Source of the DNA: Dehalococcoidia bacterium
Lineage (GTDB): Bacteria > Chloroflexota > Dehalococcoidia > GIF9 > UBA5629
Reading direction: 5' to 3'
Assembly (NCBI GenBank): GCA_003142375.1
Contig: PLME01000011.1
Coordinates: 81,475 to 145,474, forward strand
DNA: 64,000 bases
Part shown: piece after piece, positions 1 through 8,512 of the stretch
Position numbering within the stretch: the stretch's first letter is position 1
Layout of the letters: every line of letters begins with the position of its first letter
The notes under the pieces: model-generated
Databases searched by the model: none
What the model saw: only the letters and a program-made list of their open reading frames with translations
Told to the model about the DNA's origin: nothing
Program-made: the position numbers and the translations under genes

Positions 1-1
1 G

Positions 2-256
2 AGCGGTAATTCTATGATCGATGCGCTGATAGCCGATGGCGATATCGTTTTAATGGAACCTGTAAAATCTGTTGAAAATGGTGACATGGTGGCGGCCTGG
101 CTGAAAAAGGAAGAGGAGGTTACATTAAAAAGGTTTTTCCGTGAAGAGGACTTGATCAGGCTCCAACCTGCCAATATTCAGATGAAACCCATCTTTACCG
201 ACCCCGCCAATATCGAGGTCCAGGGCAAAGTGGTTGCAGTAATTAGGACCCTCTAA
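2..256 (+). CDS. lexA: LexA repressor, C-terminal S24 peptidase domain (5'-truncated by window edge)
   Basis: The frame is open from position 2. The Gly-x-Ser-Met catalytic serine motif (SGNSMIDALIADGDIV) and the C-terminal GKVVAVIRTL beta-strands are typical of LexA/S24. The N-terminal wHTH lies outside the window. Confidence 0.7.
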   Translation, partial: SGNSMIDALIADGDIVLMEPVKSVENGDMVAAWLKKEEEVTLKRFFREEDLIRLQPANIQMKPIFTDPANIEVQGKVVAVIRTL

Positions 257-425
257 GCCTTACGTGCCGCTGAGATTTTCTTCGATATCGGCTGTTCTTA
301 TCTTCCCCTGACTTCCGGGAACACAGAATTTCTAAAAACCGGTCAAGGAAGTATAATTCTACTCATTACCAGCGTCTATCTCGCTTATTTTGTTATTTTC
401 AGTACGCGGTTAATTGGAGGTTAAA

Positions 426-1433
426 ATGAACGACGATTATACAATACTTGCCGGACTCTACGGTTACAAGGACTCTGACAGGTTTAAAAAGATACTGAAG
501 ATTTTGATTAATGAGGAACAGATCAAGCTCATCAACTTCATGCCCGCCACAGTTGAAGAGCTGGCACAGAAGACCAATGTTTCTCCGGAAGCTATCAAAC
601 CTATGGTTGACGATCTTTTTAATAAAGGGGTCATCTTCGAGTCTTCCAAAGGTTACCGTCCGGCGCGCCATATTTTTCAGCTGCATGATTCGACGGGAAG
701 CGACAGCAGATCAGACAAAATATGGGGCAGGAAACTGTTGGATGCGTGGATGGACTTCTCTGAAAACGAGTTGTTTCGCGATACGGCCAAGTGGGTGTTA
801 AATTTTCCAAGGCCGTTTTCCCGGGTTGTCCCTGCCATGTCATCATTTGCCCGGAAGCCAGATCTGGCTGAGGGCGAGGATCTGGAATCGGTAATCGACC
901 ATGCAACCAGAATCGCTGTAGTGCAGTGCCCCTGCCGAAGAATGGCGCAAAAATGCGACAGGCCGATTGAGGTATGCTTACAGCTCAATAAAGGTGCTGA
1001 ATACGCCATAAAACGCGGGTCGGGTAAAGAGGTGTCCATCCAGGATGCTAAAAAGATACTTCACACCGCGTCGGAGGCGGGACTTGTCCACACTGTTGAA
1101 AACGTGCCGCAGGCGGGAACTTACATTTGTAACTGTTGCCCGGACTGCTGTGTTTTACTGTACCCCTGGCTTACTTATGGTAATTTGGATAAAGGCCTTG
1201 CCAGGAGCCGGTTTGAGGCTAAGGTGGACGAGGAATCGTGCAGCGGGTGTCAGGACTGTGTCGAGCAGTGCCCTTTCAGCGCCATAGAGATGACCAAAGT
1301 ACCGGGCCAGAAGAAATTGAAGGCGAAGGTCAATCCCGATAAATGTTACGGCTGTGGATGCTGCGCTGTTAATTGCCTGACTGAATCCATCAAATTGCAT
1401 GAAGTCAGGCCGCCCGAATATTTGGCTGTCTGA
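426..1433 (+). CDS. winged-HTH / Fe-S cluster fusion protein (two C-terminal CxxCxxCxxxCP ferredoxin motifs plus CPC..C and CNCCPDCC cysteine clusters); putative redox-sensing regulator
   Basis: The ORF track gives 414..1433. ATG 426 follows a GGAGG RBS (416-420). The N-terminus has a MarR/ArsR-like wHTH segment (LINFMPATVEELAQKTNVSPEAIKPMVDDLFNKGVIF). The C-terminal half carries CSGCQDCVEQCP and CYGCGCCAVNCL 4Fe-4S motifs and additional Cys clusters. Confidence 0.55.
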   Translation: MNDDYTILAGLYGYKDSDRFKKILKILINEEQIKLINFMPATVEELAQKTNVSPEAIKPMVDDLFNKGVIFESSKGYRPARHIFQLHDSTGSDSRSDKIWGRKLLDAWMDFSENELFRDTAKWVLNFPRPFSRVVPAMSSFARKPDLAEGEDLESVIDHATRIAVVQCPCRRMAQKCDRPIEVCLQLNKGAEYAIKRGSGKEVSIQDAKKILHTASEAGLVHTVENVPQAGTYICNCCPDCCVLLYPWLTYGNLDKGLARSRFEAKVDEESCSGCQDCVEQCPFSAIEMTKVPGQKKLKAKVNPDKCYGCGCCAVNCLTESIKLHEVRPPEYLAV

Positions 1434-1593
1434 ACATCAAAAAAACAATTCAAACCTGAGTTCCAATTGTCCGGAAAACAGTTCTGTCGCGCTTCTTCAA
1501 CACACTCAAATTTCTTGCTCGGCTCCCTTTTTTAGCTCACAACCATCCAACCTTGTCAATAGCCAAATAGTCCTAATCGGTGAACCGACTGGC

Positions 1594-1622
1594 TTGACAT
1601 TTCGAGCGGAGCGGCTCAAAAT
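1594..1622 (+). promoter_or_regulatory. candidate sigma70-type promoter (TTGACA-17 nt-CAAAAT) upstream of ORF 1676
   Basis: TTGACA sits at 1594-1599, followed by a 17-nt spacer and CAAAAT at 1617-1622. It lies in a 240-nt non-coding gap. Confidence 0.3.
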
Positions 1623-1651
1623 GGTACTATAGTACCAGTACGTAGGTACGT
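1623..1651 (+). promoter_or_regulatory. candidate operator: perfect 14-bp palindrome GGTACTATAGTACC followed by two more GTAC cores
   Basis: GGTACTATAGTACC at 1623-1636 is self-complementary. GTAC occurs four times, at 1624, 1632, 1638 and 1646. The array lies directly at the predicted +1 of the promoter above. Confidence 0.35.
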
Positions 1652-1675
1652 CTGAAAACAGAAGATGTTCATTTA

Positions 1676-2107
1676 GTGTGGGTTATGAAGGGCAAAATTA
1701 TTTGGATTACAGCAATTGGTTTAGCCGGCACCATTGTGCTGGGCGTATCTCTTGCGTTGCCTTCAATGCTTAGAGCGGACAACAACCAGTCGGCTACCAT
1801 GCCGACGTCCGAAATCGCCAAAGCCTATAAACAGGCGCTTATATCTCCGCTTAATAAGGCTACCAGCGAAATCAAGGACCCTGAACTTGCCAGCTTCACA
1901 CAGAAGCTGGTGCAGTCTTATGAACTGGAAAAGACAACCGCTAACACCGGTGACCAATCCAGCCTTGCAGATCTTCTGCCTGATGTAGCCAAAATTGAGA
2001 AGAACGCTATTAACATGCCCCTCAAAGAGGCCGGAAAACAGTTGAAAGATAAAGAGCTTTCCGACTTCTACAACCGCTTTATTACCACTTGCGGCGTAGA
2101 CAACTAG
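1676..2107 (+). CDS. hypothetical exported/membrane-anchored protein
   Basis: An N-terminal hydrophobic segment (IIWITAIGLAGTIVLGVSLALPSML) is followed by a hydrophilic, lysine/glutamate-rich domain. There are no recognisable motifs. The real start may be ATG 1685. Confidence 0.45.
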   Translation: MWVMKGKIIWITAIGLAGTIVLGVSLALPSMLRADNNQSATMPTSEIAKAYKQALISPLNKATSEIKDPELASFTQKLVQSYELEKTTANTGDQSSLADLLPDVAKIEKNAINMPLKEAGKQLKDKELSDFYNRFITTCGVDN

Positions 2108-2191
2108 CCTGCGCAGAACCAGCCATTATAAAAAATCACAAGATTAATACTTTCTTCTGATAGCTGTGTCTAAAAATTGCCTAGTGTGGGA

Positions 2192-2428
2192 CTAGCGACC
2201 TGGCTGCAAATAGGGGCTGGTCTGCAGAATTCCCTGAGTAAAAAGACTATATGCGCCAAAGAATGTCAGGGCAGCCAGGGCGAACAGTAATATCGCGATA
2301 ACAATTGATGGGCGGTCTTTGTTTTTCAGCCCATTTGATAAAAGCCAGATGCCCAACGGCAATAATAAAACCCCTATTATGGTGCAGATTATACCGAGCG
2401 CGGTGCTTACCGTTTTTATCAGGTCCAT
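2192..2428 (-). CDS. small two-TM membrane protein, unknown function
   Basis: The 78-aa ORF has two long hydrophobic helices separated by a basic NGLKNKDRP loop. There are no conserved motifs. Confidence 0.35.
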   Translation of the reverse strand: MDLIKTVSTALGIICTIIGVLLLPLGIWLLSNGLKNKDRPSIVIAILLFALAALTFFGAYSLFTQGILQTSPYLQPGR

Positions 2429-2492
2429 TTAACAACCCTGCCTATCTATAAGAAGCCTGCCGGATACATCTTAAATATAAGTATAGTCAAAT

Positions 2493-2545
2493 AAACAGGC
2501 CGGATACAATCTTATCGATTGCTCCGGCCTGTTTATTTATTATTT
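2493..2545. terminator. bidirectional rho-independent terminator hairpin
   Basis: AAACAGGCCGGA (2493-2504) pairs with TCCGGCCTGTTT (2523-2534). It is followed by a T-rich run on the plus strand and preceded by an A-rich run, which reads as a T-run on the minus strand. It lies just downstream of minus-strand gene 2579..3361. Confidence 0.5.
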
Positions 2546-2578
2546 CACTGAAACAAAATTTGCTTGCTTCCGGCAGGC

Positions 2579-3361
2579 TCAGGGTGTTGTAAATACCTGA
2601 TGTGGCTGGAATATGCAGATATTAGCGTCACTCTGCACATTGCCGTCCGTGATTTCCACAAAATAAGCATAAGATGTCTTAGGCTTGAGCTCATTGCCGA
2701 TAATTACCTGGCCCCTGTTGAGCCCGGCTTTCAGATCGTTATTGTAGACCCTCTGAATATAGATGTTGTCCCACCAGACCAGCTTCTGTGTATCGGCTTC
2801 GGCGGATGACCCTCCCTTAGCAATACGGTAAACGTAGAAAGCATCCATATTGCCTACGTCTTTGAGTGTGAGCCAGCTGCACTTAACATCCTTTAAGGAT
2901 GCCCCGGCCAGCATCAGCTTGGTTTTGGATGGGGAGAACGAATCGTAAATTTTCTGCTTGTTTTTAAGATAGACGGATACCATGGCATCAGAAATGGCTT
3001 TTTTTTGCACACGGGTCTTTTTTATGACGTCGCCATTTTTGCAGGTGACCTGCACCACATATTCGCCTTCCTTCATGAAACCGGTGGAAAGATTGATCAT
3101 ATACCAGTAGTAATTCAAAGTCGGATCGTATATCCAGCCGTTGAGGTTGAAATTCGTGAACATCTGGTTTTTAAATTCTACTTTGTAGCCGTTGGGGCCC
3201 AGACCTTCTATCTTCTCGATTAAGTCCGGTGTGGGCGTGCCGGGCGTAGGATAGAAGGAAACCAAGAACTTGTGTTGCTCTTTTTGCAGGGGTGAGTTTT
3301 CGAAATCCCAGTAAACATTGCATGCCATAATGTCATACATCTTGACCGCCGTATCTATCAT
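2579..3361 (-). CDS. hypothetical protein (260 aa), no recognisable domain
   Basis: A long clean ORF with a terminator downstream. It has Tyr/Trp-rich beta-type composition. No motif was recognised. Confidence 0.5.
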   Translation of the reverse strand: MIDTAVKMYDIMACNVYWDFENSPLQKEQHKFLVSFYPTPGTPTPDLIEKIEGLGPNGYKVEFKNQMFTNFNLNGWIYDPTLNYYWYMINLSTGFMKEGEYVVQVTCKNGDVIKKTRVQKKAISDAMVSVYLKNKQKIYDSFSPSKTKLMLAGASLKDVKCSWLTLKDVGNMDAFYVYRIAKGGSSAEADTQKLVWWDNIYIQRVYNNDLKAGLNRGQVIIGNELKPKTSYAYFVEITDGNVQSDANICIFQPHQVFTTP

Positions 3362-3572
3362 GATTCCTCCTTTTTGATCCGTCGATTTGCCCGGTTAAAC
3401 ATCCGAGCGCTTGCCCTAATTTTTGAGATCATATTAATACTAATTAAAAATGTTGTCAAGGCGGCTTTGGAATTGATTTTTCGTGGTTGGATTTCTATTT
3501 AATTGAGTATAACCGCCGTATGGAATATAATTCGTCCCGGATTTGTATTGATCTGGTTTTAAAGGACCGTGG

Positions 3573-4199
3573 ATGAACGACAAAGCAACTAAAAAACAGA
3601 AAAGGACCAAATCAGCCAATGCTAAGTTACAGCGAATTGCGAAGATAGCATCTACCCTTTTTTTTGAGAAAGGCTTCACGGAAACTACGGTCAGGGATAT
3701 CTCCAAGGCCTGCAATATAAGCATGGGGCATCTCTATTACTACATAAAATCCAAGGATGATTTCCCCGTGATATTCGGCGAGATACATTTAAAAAATATA
3801 AGTAAATGGGAATATGAAGTCCGCAGAGAAATGTTAAAAAGTCCGCCCGAAACAACCTTACGCTTCGCCGTCAGAAACTATTTACATCTGATACACGCAA
3901 GGCGCAAGATGATGCTTTTCTGGTACAGGGTGGCAAAGTCCCTCAAACCTGAACAGTTGCAGGGCGTAATTGAATCCGAAGTGCGGGTGGTAAACGTGTT
4001 TAAACAGATAGTGCAAACCGGCGTCCAGCAGGGCCAGTTCAAGGTGAGCGACCCTTTTCTTACAGCCTTTCAAATTGAGGTTTTATGTCATACATGGATT
4101 TTAAAACGGTGGTTCCTGCACGATCTCTATACAATTGACCAGTTTGTAGATATATGTGAGAACAATGCAGTTTCCATGGTGCGAGGAATTACCGAGTAA
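3573..4199 (+). CDS. TetR/AcrR family transcriptional regulator
   Basis: A TetR HTH is present (FFEKGFTETTVRDISKACNISMGHLYYYIKSKDD). It has a basic N-terminal extension and a C-terminal ligand-binding helical domain. Confidence 0.75.
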   Translation: MNDKATKKQKRTKSANAKLQRIAKIASTLFFEKGFTETTVRDISKACNISMGHLYYYIKSKDDFPVIFGEIHLKNISKWEYEVRREMLKSPPETTLRFAVRNYLHLIHARRKMMLFWYRVAKSLKPEQLQGVIESEVRVVNVFKQIVQTGVQQGQFKVSDPFLTAFQIEVLCHTWILKRWFLHDLYTIDQFVDICENNAVSMVRGITE

Positions 4200-4911
4200 T
4201 TTTGAAAGACTTCTGGGGCTTGGATGCGGGATTGCCTTTGACCATAGCGGCAATAAGGGCCACGATTTGGTCCACATACTGGTCTACAGTACGGCTGTCT
4301 TTATATAACCATCTCTTCAAAGCCCAGGTTTGACACATCATAACAATATTACTTGCAACTATGAATGGGTCTTTGACGTGAAACTGTCCCTGCTTGCATC
4401 CGGACTCGAGTATTTCCCGAAATACCTTTACTACCTGCTTTTCGACTTCCATTATACCGGCGCTGTCTTCCTTTTTAACTTGTACTGCAGCGTGGTACCA
4501 GAAAACCGTCATCTTCCGCCCTGTATGGACTACGTATGCATAGTCTGTTACAGCTTTCTTCAGTAATTCGTCCGGAGGTACACGCTTCATCTCTTTGCGG
4601 ATTGCCTTTTCCCACTTATCAATGCTATTTTTTTGGATTGTCCTGAAAATTGCCGGGAAATCGTCTTTCGATTTGATGTAGTAATACAGGTGTCCGGGAC
4701 TGATATTGCAGGCCTCGCCTATATCCCTGGTAGTAGTGGGACCATACCCTTTCTTATGAAACAGGTCCGCCGCCGCCATCACAATTTGTAGTAATTTGGC
4801 GCTGGGTTTCTTACTCCTTATAATAGCATCAAGATCATCCATCGTTATATCTTCACGAGGCGCCTTGTTTTTACGAACTTTCACAAGTTTATCTGAGGCC
4901 ACTGGCGACAT
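4189..4911 (-). CDS. TetR/AcrR family transcriptional regulator (paralogue of 3573..4199)
   Basis: Its HTH (FHKKGYGPTTTRDIGEACNISPGHLYYYIKSKDDFPAIF) and C-terminal motifs (QGQFHVKDPF vs QGQFKVSDPF) are clearly paralogous to the plus-strand gene. The two 3' ends overlap by 11 nt. Confidence 0.75.
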   Translation of the reverse strand: MSPVASDKLVKVRKNKAPREDITMDDLDAIIRSKKPSAKLLQIVMAAADLFHKKGYGPTTTRDIGEACNISPGHLYYYIKSKDDFPAIFRTIQKNSIDKWEKAIRKEMKRVPPDELLKKAVTDYAYVVHTGRKMTVFWYHAAVQVKKEDSAGIMEVEKQVVKVFREILESGCKQGQFHVKDPFIVASNIVMMCQTWALKRWLYKDSRTVDQYVDQIVALIAAMVKGNPASKPQKSFKITR

Positions 4912-5280
4912 CCTTATTTAATTATTTTGCTGATTAAGTATAAAGGGATCCTAGATGGACAGCAATCAAAACTCATGGCGGCATCCTTTACGATTCTTGA
5001 CAATATTTTAGAGTTGATGATAAAGTATTTGACAAATTATAGAGCAAACGGTTGGACTAGTGCAACTAGCTGCACTACTCAGCAGGCTAACTGACCACAT
5101 TGTAATGCCCTGAGATAGGGAAATATTCATAATTTACGCCACAGTTCAAAACGAATGATCAGGCTTTGAGGATAAATATGAAGGAGGTGGTATGCGCTGA
5201 ATGTCATTCAAAAACGATTAGGGGAATCATTAATTTTGAGGCATAGAGACTCAATGAAAAAAAGGAGGTTCAACTAGGCA

Positions 5281-6558
5281 ATGATAAAATGGTACAAGGT
5301 TTCCTCACTACTAGTAGTGGTGGTTATGGTGCTTAGCCTGCTGGCCACGGCCTGCGCTGCTGAGCAGCAGAAGCCGGCACCACCTCAGCCCACAGGACCT
5401 ATCACCATCAATGTCGGTGTACCTATGCCGCTTAGCGGCACAGCAGCGCCATGGGGCCAGATTCCTACCCCACTCCGTGAAGGCTTCATCCAGGTGTTCA
5501 ATAAGGATGGCTTTAAGGTAGGTGACCAGACTTACAACATTAAGATGGTTCAGGTTGACGACGAGAACACGCCTGAGGGCGGCTCGGCCGCCGCCAAAGA
5601 GCTCATAGAGAATGATGGCTGCAAGTTCTTCGTCGGGCACTGGTCATGGAACTTCTCCGCCATTGCAGCTGTGACCAACCCGGCTAAAGTCATCTTTCTC
5701 ACCAGGAACGGCGCTCCTGATGCTTTGCCTGCCAGTTGGGCTGGTGGCGGTGCATATGACCCCAAGACCATGCCTTATGTTGTTTTCGGCACTCCGTCTC
5801 AAGAGGAATTCCTTGCTGACTGCTTCGCGCTTGTCGATGCGTTCCCCAATTACAAGAAGATAGGTTTGGTCGACTCATCAGTGAGCAAAGGTGGTCCGGG
5901 CTGGATTGCCGTGCAGAAGGCGCTCGATAAACAGGGAGTCAGGTGGGCCAGCGAGTGGTTCACGCCTGGCACTACAGACTTTTCTCCCATGCTCACCAGA
6001 TTACATGAGGAAGGTTGTGATATCGTCTTTGTCGCCGGATGGGTCGGTGAATACATGGCCATGCTTAAACAGCGGTGGGAGTTGGGCTACAAGGACATGC
6101 ATATTGCCTGTTCCGGCCCATTCGTAAGCATGGATATATACCAATCAGTTGTCGGCGTCGATGCTTTCGAGGGCGCCATCGGATCATACGAGGCCCCCTG
6201 GGCGTTCAAGAAGACCAAAGTCAACCCAAATATAATCGCCCAGTGCCAGGAAACTTTGAAGATTGCGGCGCAAACGACGGGCGGCCCGTATGACTATACC
6301 GGTGAATTCCCCTGGGTGCCCGCTCACGTAGAGATCCTGACTCAGGCAATGCAGAAGGCCGGCAGTGTCAGCGACCCGGATGCCATAATGAACGCCATCC
6401 GCGGTGGCACCTTTGATACCACTGCAGGTAAATGGACAATGTCCGGTGCACAGACATATGGTTCACCTATAGTTTTCGGAACCCCTGCTTCCTTATGCAG
6501 CATCCAGAACGGCAAAGAAGTATATCTTTCCGAACATCCAATGGAACCGCTTCCGTAA
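5281..6558 (+). CDS. ABC transporter substrate-binding lipoprotein, LivK/LivJ (branched-chain amino acid/amide) family
   Basis: The signal peptide ends LLATAC (lipobox). A periplasmic-binding-protein type I fold is recognisable. It is the first gene of a K-H-M-G-F cassette. Confidence 0.8.
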   Translation: MIKWYKVSSLLVVVVMVLSLLATACAAEQQKPAPPQPTGPITINVGVPMPLSGTAAPWGQIPTPLREGFIQVFNKDGFKVGDQTYNIKMVQVDDENTPEGGSAAAKELIENDGCKFFVGHWSWNFSAIAAVTNPAKVIFLTRNGAPDALPASWAGGGAYDPKTMPYVVFGTPSQEEFLADCFALVDAFPNYKKIGLVDSSVSKGGPGWIAVQKALDKQGVRWASEWFTPGTTDFSPMLTRLHEEGCDIVFVAGWVGEYMAMLKQRWELGYKDMHIACSGPFVSMDIYQSVVGVDAFEGAIGSYEAPWAFKKTKVNPNIIAQCQETLKIAAQTTGGPYDYTGEFPWVPAHVEILTQAMQKAGSVSDPDAIMNAIRGGTFDTTAGKWTMSGAQTYGSPIVFGTPASLCSIQNGKEVYLSEHPMEPLP

Positions 6559-6588
6559 CGATACAGAGCTAAAATAAGGAGAATTGGT

Positions 6589-7452
6589 ATGCCCCCCGCT
6601 GGAATATGGATTGACGGACTGGTTCAAAGTTGCATCTATATGACCATGGCATTCGGCATGGTGCTGGTATTCAGCATACTTGGCATTCTGAACTGGACAC
6701 ACGGCCAGTTCTACATGCTGGGCGCTTTCGTCGTCTATTACGCAGTCACGGCGGCGGGCGTACCTTTCCCCTTGAGCTTACTGATATCTGGGGTAATCGT
6801 CGGAGCATTGGGTATGGTGGTGGAGAAGCTCGTCATCGAGCGCCTCACAGGTCCAGGTTACGGCCTGCTGGCCGTAACCGCAGCCACCATGGCGCTCATC
6901 TTTTTCTTTGAGGGTGCGGCCGGCATGGCTTTTGGCCTTATGGCCAAGGGAATGGCCACCACGCTCCCAGGTGTGCTTGACATGGGTTCATTCAGTATCA
7001 GCTATCAAAAAATTGCCGTCATCATTTTTACCCTGGTTATTATGGTCGCCATGTATATCGTGCTCAACCGCACCAAGGTAGGAAAGGCTATCAGGGCGAC
7101 GGCCCAACAACCGGATGCGGCGAGCTTATACGGCGTCAACGTGGGATGGGTCTCATTGATTGTTATGGGCATCGGCTGTTCACTGGCGGCCATGGCCGGG
7201 GGCATTATGGGACCTGTCCAGTCAGTTGATCCTTTCATGGGACGTATTCCCATGATTATGTCCCTGCTGGCCATTGTCATTGGAGGCCTGGGCAGCCTCA
7301 CCGGCGCCATTGTGGGAGGCATCATACTGGGTCTCCTTAACAGCGTCATAGCATATAAGATTTCCTATTTCTCCGAAGTTGCCCTGTTCTTGCTGGTGAT
7401 TGTTATCTTGCTGATCAGACCGCAAGGCCTGTTTGGAGCCGCCCCGAAATGA
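6589..7452 (+). CDS. branched-chain amino acid ABC transporter permease, LivH family
   Basis: It is a polytopic membrane protein with a LivH-like C-terminus (LLIRPQGLFG). Confidence 0.8.
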   Translation: MPPAGIWIDGLVQSCIYMTMAFGMVLVFSILGILNWTHGQFYMLGAFVVYYAVTAAGVPFPLSLLISGVIVGALGMVVEKLVIERLTGPGYGLLAVTAATMALIFFFEGAAGMAFGLMAKGMATTLPGVLDMGSFSISYQKIAVIIFTLVIMVAMYIVLNRTKVGKAIRATAQQPDAASLYGVNVGWVSLIVMGIGCSLAAMAGGIMGPVQSVDPFMGRIPMIMSLLAIVIGGLGSLTGAIVGGIILGLLNSVIAYKISYFSEVALFLLVIVILLIRPQGLFGAAPK

Positions 7453-8495
7453 TAATAGGGCGCTACTATATAGACCAAAAAAGCGTGGTGCCCAAAATTG
7501 TGATCGGGGCAGTTATTGCCCTGCTTGCTCTTGTGCCGCTATTCACAACCAGTATGGTGACACTTTCCACCCTGATATCAAGCGGCATCTGGTCAATAGC
7601 GGTTATGGGCTTTATTCTGATATTGAGGACCGGCCAGTTCAGCATGGGGCAGGCGGCTTTCATGGCTATAGGCGGCTATGTCTCAGCCATACTCACGGTC
7701 AGACTGGGACTTCCGTACTGGCCAAGTTTTTTAGCGGCGGGTGTTATCTCGGGGATCATAGCTCTAGGTATCGGATTGATTGTGCTGCGTGCGGGGGGCA
7801 CATCTTTCTCAATCATAACAATTGCCTTCGGCGAGATAGTGAGGATTGTGGCCCTGAATTGGGATGATGTCACCCGGGGGGCCTCCGGAATATTAACCAA
7901 ACCGCCGGCGCCTATAACCATAGGGAATTTTGAAATAAACTTCGCTACGAATCTGGTGCCATTCTATTACTTTATGTTCTTTCTGGTAATTGCGTCGGCG
8001 TTGTTCTTCTGGCAAATAGACCGATCTCGTGTAGGCGGAACATTCCGAAGCGTAGCTGCTAACCCCGTACTTGCAGAGCATTTAGGCATTCACCTTATGA
8101 AGTACCGCGTGATTGCATTTACTATGGCTGGCGTCTTCACCGGCTTTGCCGGCGCCTATTACGTCACCTTTATTTCGGTTATAAATCCGCTTATTTTTGA
8201 TTTGTGGAAGTCCGTTCAGATAATGATGATGAGCATTGTAGGCGGCCCAACCTTAATAGTCGGAGGGGCGATCGTAGGATCTACTGTATTGTATTCTCTG
8301 GGTAACTACCTGACCCAACTGCCAGTAGCCAATGTTCAGTATTTGGTGTTCGGCGCTGTGGTTGTGCTGGTGCTGCTGTTTCTCCCCAAAGGAACCGGAC
8401 TGGTTGACCTTTGGGGCAAGTTCTGGCGCAAAGTGTTTAAAGAGCCTGAAGAATATGAAATCCCCGGGGAATTCTCACAGGAAGACGAAGAATAA
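7449..8495 (+). CDS. branched-chain amino acid ABC transporter permease, LivM family
   Basis: It is a membrane protein and overlaps livH by 4 nt. The topology is LivM-like. Confidence 0.8.
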   Translation: MIIGRYYIDQKSVVPKIVIGAVIALLALVPLFTTSMVTLSTLISSGIWSIAVMGFILILRTGQFSMGQAAFMAIGGYVSAILTVRLGLPYWPSFLAAGVISGIIALGIGLIVLRAGGTSFSIITIAFGEIVRIVALNWDDVTRGASGILTKPPAPITIGNFEINFATNLVPFYYFMFFLVIASALFFWQIDRSRVGGTFRSVAANPVLAEHLGIHLMKYRVIAFTMAGVFTGFAGAYYVTFISVINPLIFDLWKSVQIMMMSIVGGPTLIVGGAIVGSTVLYSLGNYLTQLPVANVQYLVFGAVVVLVLLFLPKGTGLVDLWGKFWRKVFKEPEEYEIPGEFSQEDEE

Positions 8496-8512
8496 ATAGG
8501 ATTATTACCGAG

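Noticed and set aside
257-413. Searched downstream of lexA for a LexA/Cheo box (GAAC-N4-GTTC)
   Set aside because: Only GGAACACAGAATTTC was found, which lacks the GTTC arm, so there is no convincing SOS box. The real lexA promoter is outside the window.
399-1039. Several minus- and plus-strand ORFs (399..686, 464..649, 511..801, 631..906, 677..1039) inside the HTH/Fe-S gene
   Set aside because: They are shadow ORFs of the well-supported 426..1433 gene. They have no RBS and a low-complexity Ser/Arg/Pro composition.
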